NCBI GenBank assembly: GCA_049999805.1
Contig: JBNGIO010006255.1
Location: 47,400-111,399 of the forward strand
Direction: 5' to 3'
Source of the DNA: Folioceros fuciformis
Lineage: Eukaryota
Length of the DNA: 64,000 nucleotides
The translations under genes were made by a program, and so were the position numbers. A model generated the notes under the pieces. It had not been told where the DNA came from. It worked only from the letters and a program-made list of their open reading frames with translations, and made no database searches. This document shows positions 59,601 through 64,000 of the stretch, in pieces. Each line of letters begins with the position of its first letter. Position 1 is the stretch's first letter.

Positions 59601-60508
59601 TCAGTCCATTCGTTCAACAGGAAGGTTCATCAATTCTCTAATTCCCTCCAAGACCTGTAAGAAAGGAACACGTCAGTTTAGCAACTGCTGAGGAATATCG
59701 CCAGGAAGTACCTAAATCATGCTGAACCGTAGAAAGAGCATACCAGCTTAATCTGGCCCTTTATGTTCCCTATCTGCTCCGTGCGTGCCTCAATCTGACT
59801 GGGCACAACAAAATTGCCGGTGTAAATAAACTGGAGTACAACTCAATGGCGTTCGACATCGTACCTTGGAAATGAACTGGAAGAAGGAAACCACCTCACC
59901 TGGAGAGGACCTTTTCCGTGACAGCTATGAACTGCAAGGCCTCTCTCAGGGTGAATTCCACATGGAAGCCAAGCCCAACGTCTACGAAAATACGTGATGT
60001 ATCTGGACTGCACACGATGAGGAGGCTTCCAGTCACACGAACCATTTCAAGTAGTTCACTATCTTCAGAATGGAAAAGCAGAGTTCTTCCTATCCCTGAC
60101 TCCTTACACTTCAGCTTGGACATAAACCTCAGAGCCAAGATTGATCATAGTCCTGATGTTCTTTATCTTGTTTTGTTCCAGCACTTGGATGTTGTTTGCA
60201 AGATCAGAGCTGCAAGGCCGTGTCAAGCCACATGTTCAAAATGATATCCGCGAGGAGGGAGACCGGTGCAGTTGTGGATTTAGCGATCACTTACAAGACC
60301 CGCTGCTTCTCCAGCAATTTGTCCCTGAATGCATATGATGGGATATGAGAATTATGGCACCAGGTACTCCTGAACGCAGCTGGACACAGGACTCTAAAAT
60401 TTTTCTAACTCACCTCTGGGCCACAGCGCGGACAAGATCAGGCTTCAGCCGTTTGTCCACAAATTGCTCATACTGCCGAACCTTGGAGGCTATGTTGACA
60501 CTCTCCAT
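59601..60508 (-). CDS. UXT: UXT prefoldin-like protein, multi-exon
   Basis: KVRQYEQFVDKRLKPDL, INLGSEVYVQAEV-PDTSRIFVDVGLGFHVEFTL.EA, IKL-VLEGIREL. Confidence 0.9.
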
Positions 60509-60603
60509 CGCAGCTGAAGGTAAGCTGAGTATCTAACCCTGAGCCTGAACCCGAGTTTGAGAAAGCTATTTCTCTGTGTACCTGCCTCCCTTGAGGTTTT
60601 TGA

Positions 60604-60882
60604 GAAGAAGCTGATGATTTAACCCTGGGGCTTAACCTGAGTTAGGCAAGCTAGGGCTTTGAGGACAGCCACCTTCGGGCTTTTCGGGAAGAAAGAGAAT
60701 TCTAGTTCAGTCTAATTCTATCCGTCTTGGGACTCGGATGGTAGTCATAAGAAGAAGCGATTTAACCCTGGGGCTGAACTCGAGTCAGGCAAGCTAGGGC
60801 TTTATGGGCAGCCTCCTTAGGGCTTTTCAGGAAGAAGAAGAATTCTATTTCAGCCCAATCTTTTTCATCCTGGGATTGGGAT
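60604..60882. repeat. ~143-bp tandem duplication in the UXT/RPL29 divergent intergenic region
   Basis: gatttaaccctggggct..gagt.aggcaagctagggcttt..gggctttt..ggaagaa..gaattcta x2. Confidence 0.85.
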
Positions 60883-60978
60883 TGGGCCATACGAGTTATC
60901 GAGATATTCCAGCCTCATCGTCGCTCTCCCCGCAGCTCCGGTTTACGGCCAAGTTGCGGAGATAGGTTTTTGAGCGCC

Positions 60979-61170
60979 ATGGCCAAGTCGAAAAATCACA
61001 CGGCTCACAACCAGTCTTACAAGGCGCACAGGAATGGGATCAAGAAGCCAAAGAAGAACAAGTATATTTCGCGCAAGGGAATGGATCCCAAGTTCCTGCG
61101 CAACCAAAGATATGCGAAGAAGCACAATCGGGTTCCAGGTGCTGCTGCTGGGGACGATGTTGAAGAGTAG
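60979..61170 (+). CDS. RPL29: 60S ribosomal protein L29 (eL29), copy B
   Basis: [50 protein letters not shown]. Confidence 0.98.
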   Translation: MAKSKNHTAHNQSYKAHRNGIKKPKKNKYISRKGMDPKFLRNQRYAKKHNRVPGAAAGDDVEE

Positions 61171-61638
61171 TCTCTGCATTCGACTCTGGTGAGCAGCTGC
61201 GTTCCTTCCTTGCTGAGGCCTATCGCTGGTGGCGTTTGTCACACGTGGGATTGGAAGTGCGGGACCTTGTTTGGCAACTTTGCCGAGGCCTCTGTCCTGG
61301 CTTTTTCCAGGTCATGGATGATGTCTCTTTTTCCCTGTTGCCAAGATGAGGAGGTCTCTCTCGGTCGTCTGCTCTGTGTGTGCAGACGGTTGGAAGATAT
61401 CCGGATTCGACCCCTGATGTCTGGGACCAAAATTATTTACTCCCTAGTGTGCTTTGTTGTGGTTTGCGGGCTGCACGTTTGCTGGTTAGAATTTTGTAGA
61501 TTTGTGCGTGACGACGTAATTTCAAATGTAAGGATGAATTTGAAGGACTGTGATTGATTTTCGTTTGTCTGCCTCCAAGTGCTGTGGTCTACCCTGGTTC
61601 TCTTGTGTCTGTTTGTGCCTTAGTATGCTGTCGGTCGA

Positions 61639-61717
61639 GCACGATGAGGACATCTGAACTGTATGGTTGAGAGTTAAGCTCGTTGATGTAACCATACCTC
61701 CTACTCATTCTGAGTGC
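61639..61717 (+). ncRNA. Box C/D snoRNA homologous to 44968-45048
   Basis: gcac..ATGAGGA..ggTTGAgag..agctcgTTGATG..cctcctactcattCTGAgtgc. Confidence 0.8.
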
Positions 61718-61888
61718 ACGTCTTTTTATGGTGATATTAGGTCTAAACGTGTGGGCCTTACCGTTCAGACTTGCTCGCGTTGTGTGCTTATTTTGTTGAT
61801 GGTGCCTGCAGGAACTAGGCGGGCGAAAGGTCTTCTTGGGATGTTGCGGCCATGGTGATTTTTAGTTTGACTTTGTGTCTGCTCCTCG

Positions 61889-61974
61889 CAGTTGGTGAGG
61901 AAACATGCTATTTTGGCGGTTTTGTCGGAGGCTCTCTAGTGTACAATCGGCAACAGTAATTTGTGCCTGATTGG
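61889..61974 (+). ncRNA. Candidate box C/D snoRNA with a U16-like guide next to box D
   Basis: GTGAGGA at 61895-61901; gtaatttgtgc followed by CTGA at 61956-61970 pairs with 18S GCGCAAAUUAC with one G-U pair. Confidence 0.4.
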
Positions 61975-62067
61975 TTTTTCCTGGCTACCCTTATCTACAC
62001 ATTTGAATTCAATTGGATCCTCCGTTTCAAAGGTTCGCGTAAGAGGGACATACACCTCACTGGAATA

Positions 62068-64000
62068 TCACGGAGAAGTACCAGTAACTGTTCGGTGTCT
62101 TGGATCTGTCAACCGGGATTGAACATTTGTGAAACCAAGGTCTTGCATCGCTCTTGCCAGATCCAACTGGTAATACTCATCTGTCCACGGTTCTGTTGAC
62201 TTCATGAGCGTGAAGAGAACTGGTGGCAACTCCTGCGCAGAAAACCATCGAGCTGGTTACTACACGTTTAACAGATAGCCTACTTCTTTCTATTACTGCA
62301 GCGTAAATGCAAAAAGCTTGAAACAGAAGCAGATCGAAATCTCAAACAACCTGTATGATCTTGGATTTGGGCTGGAAAACAAGACACAGAAACACAGCCG
62401 TGAGTGACATAGATCCAAAAGTTTCAAAGTAGATGCAGAAAAGGTTGAGCAGCTCTAGGGGGTTTGAGACTACTGAGGTCAGTGAGCCGAACGTACATCG
62501 ACCTCCGTTATTGCAACGGTGCCACCAGGTTTCAAAAGCCTTCGGGCTTCTGCAAGCAAATCTCGAGTTGCCGCAACAGGGCACTCATGGATCTGACTCG
62601 CACATGCAAAACAGGAGCCCAGAATTAGGAACGCGCGGTCTTCACTGCACTTGTAAGATGCAGACTGTACGGGGACCTTTGCCCTTGTCACATACCACAT
62701 AGGCGAAGGACACGATGTCGAAGCTGTCTGACGGAAGGCCTGTGCTTTCCCCTCTTGCATGTATCCATCGGATGGGCTGTTTCCTCGGCTCCTCCTTTGC
62801 AGCCTCTTGTTTGTCCAGGTACTGTGCAACAGCAACGAAATATGGGGACAGATCCACTCCCTGCCACAACAAGCCTTGTGTGAACTAGGACTCCTGTTTT
62901 GTTGCAGTGTGGCCAATATACAGAGCAGCATCAGCACACACCCCCCGAGCTTACTGTAACATGAGCAGAGGGAAACTTGTCAGCCAGGTATCTTGTCGAG
63001 CTGCCTGTGCCGCACCCGATGTCAAGGATTGAGGAAACTGCCCCTCCCGAGTACTGCACATGGTGATTGTATATGGTCTTGTACCAGCCTCCCCTGAGGA
63101 CGTCAATGGCCTCCTCCACCGTCTTGGCTGTCTTAATTGCCCGAACCATCATGCACAGGGTTGCTGGTTCCACCTCAGAGGCTGCCTGCAACCACAACCA
63201 TCCAGTAACTGGCCCCGTCATCCATCAGAGAAGGGTTGATGATTTCATGGGCTCCTGCCACTCACTCGTATGCATCCGTTGGTGACCCATCTCGGGAAAG
63301 CACATGAAGGAACTGCCACACAGAAGTATAATATTGCCTGCTGAGTGTACCAGCCAGGAGAGATTGCCCTCGCCGTATGCATGAAACTCCTTCAAGTAGT
63401 CTGAAGAAACCACGCACGCAAAAGGACCTCAAAACATGTCTCAACACAAGCAACGGACTTGATGATAACAGAAGGGAAGATGAGCTTACAGTCAGGATAC
63501 ACGAGGTTCTTGTTCTCAAGCCGTTCCTTCTCTTCGTGAACCTCCTTGGCCGACAATATGTCTGCAGACATTTTCTGCCAAGGAATGCCTCGCTGCTCCG
63601 CGGTGCTGCACCCATGCGCAACCAAGGAGCAGCCATTCAGCAAATTTCATTAGGAGAAACAAGAGCACACATCGATCGCCTTCTAGCACACGTCCAGGGC
63701 AGGCAAAGGATACGACCCGTCTTCCAGAATGAGCCTGAACCTGATAAGCACAAGTCGAGCCATGGGCTTCAGGAGGCTGAAGAGAGGCTTGAAGGAGATG
63801 AGGCCACTGACTATCTTCGAAAGAGGATCATCCCCAGCCCACCTCGGATGATCCAGCTCCCCGTACGCGTACTCCGGAAGCTCGTAGAGCTGCTCTCCCG
63901 ATGCTGTGCCGGCACTGGCACTTGATGCTACGCTGGTGCTGGCCACTTGCATTCGCGCAGCCACCGCATTTTGGCCATGCCTGCTTCCCAAGGTCCTAGG
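62068..64000 (-). CDS. Class I SAM-dependent methyltransferase (type 11, plastid/cyanobacterial-like), multi-exon; 5' end probably outside the window
   Basis: YPD-YYLKEFHAYGEGNLSW, ILDIGCGTGSST, GVDLSPYF, HECP..EARRLLKPGG, TLMKSTEPW.DEYY, DPRHR. Confidence 0.88.

Overview
Gene-dense nuclear DNA from a land plant, with short GT-AG introns (mostly 55-200 bp). It is most likely a hornwort (Anthoceros-like), inferred from the compactness and from a PLS-PPR gene whose deaminase domain is of the DYW:KP type linked to reverse U-to-C editing. About 30 protein-coding loci can be read. The recognisable ones are ABCF, MGST3, ATX1, CBP3, ENO1, TMEM97, GDSL, PsbP, mL87, DHQS-II, DUF1218, riboflavin synthase, TIM23, PPR-DYW, an OSB-PDF-motif protein, an eIF4B-like protein, HCF101, two RPL29 copies, MRS2-11, a WCPHC thioredoxin, SDH2, GT47, UROD, glucuronokinase, BLOS1, UXT and a methyltransferase. 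The most notable observations are: (1) the DYW:KP-type editing factor can be spliced to an upstream degenerate OSB 'PDF' motif exon, sits next to a stand-alone PDF-motif gene, and has two decayed PPR relics nearby; (2) box C/D snoRNA clusters lie in putative 3'UTR introns of both RPL29 copies, including a U16/U55 pair that appears to have split a double guide; (3) a 2.6-kb AT-rich island bounded by degenerate ~68-bp inverted repeats carries an intact intronless GDSL gene; (4) a stop codon and clustered substitutions fall exactly in the first ABC signature of the ABCF gene. All family assignments come from motif recognition by eye, not database searches, and exon boundaries are manual predictions.
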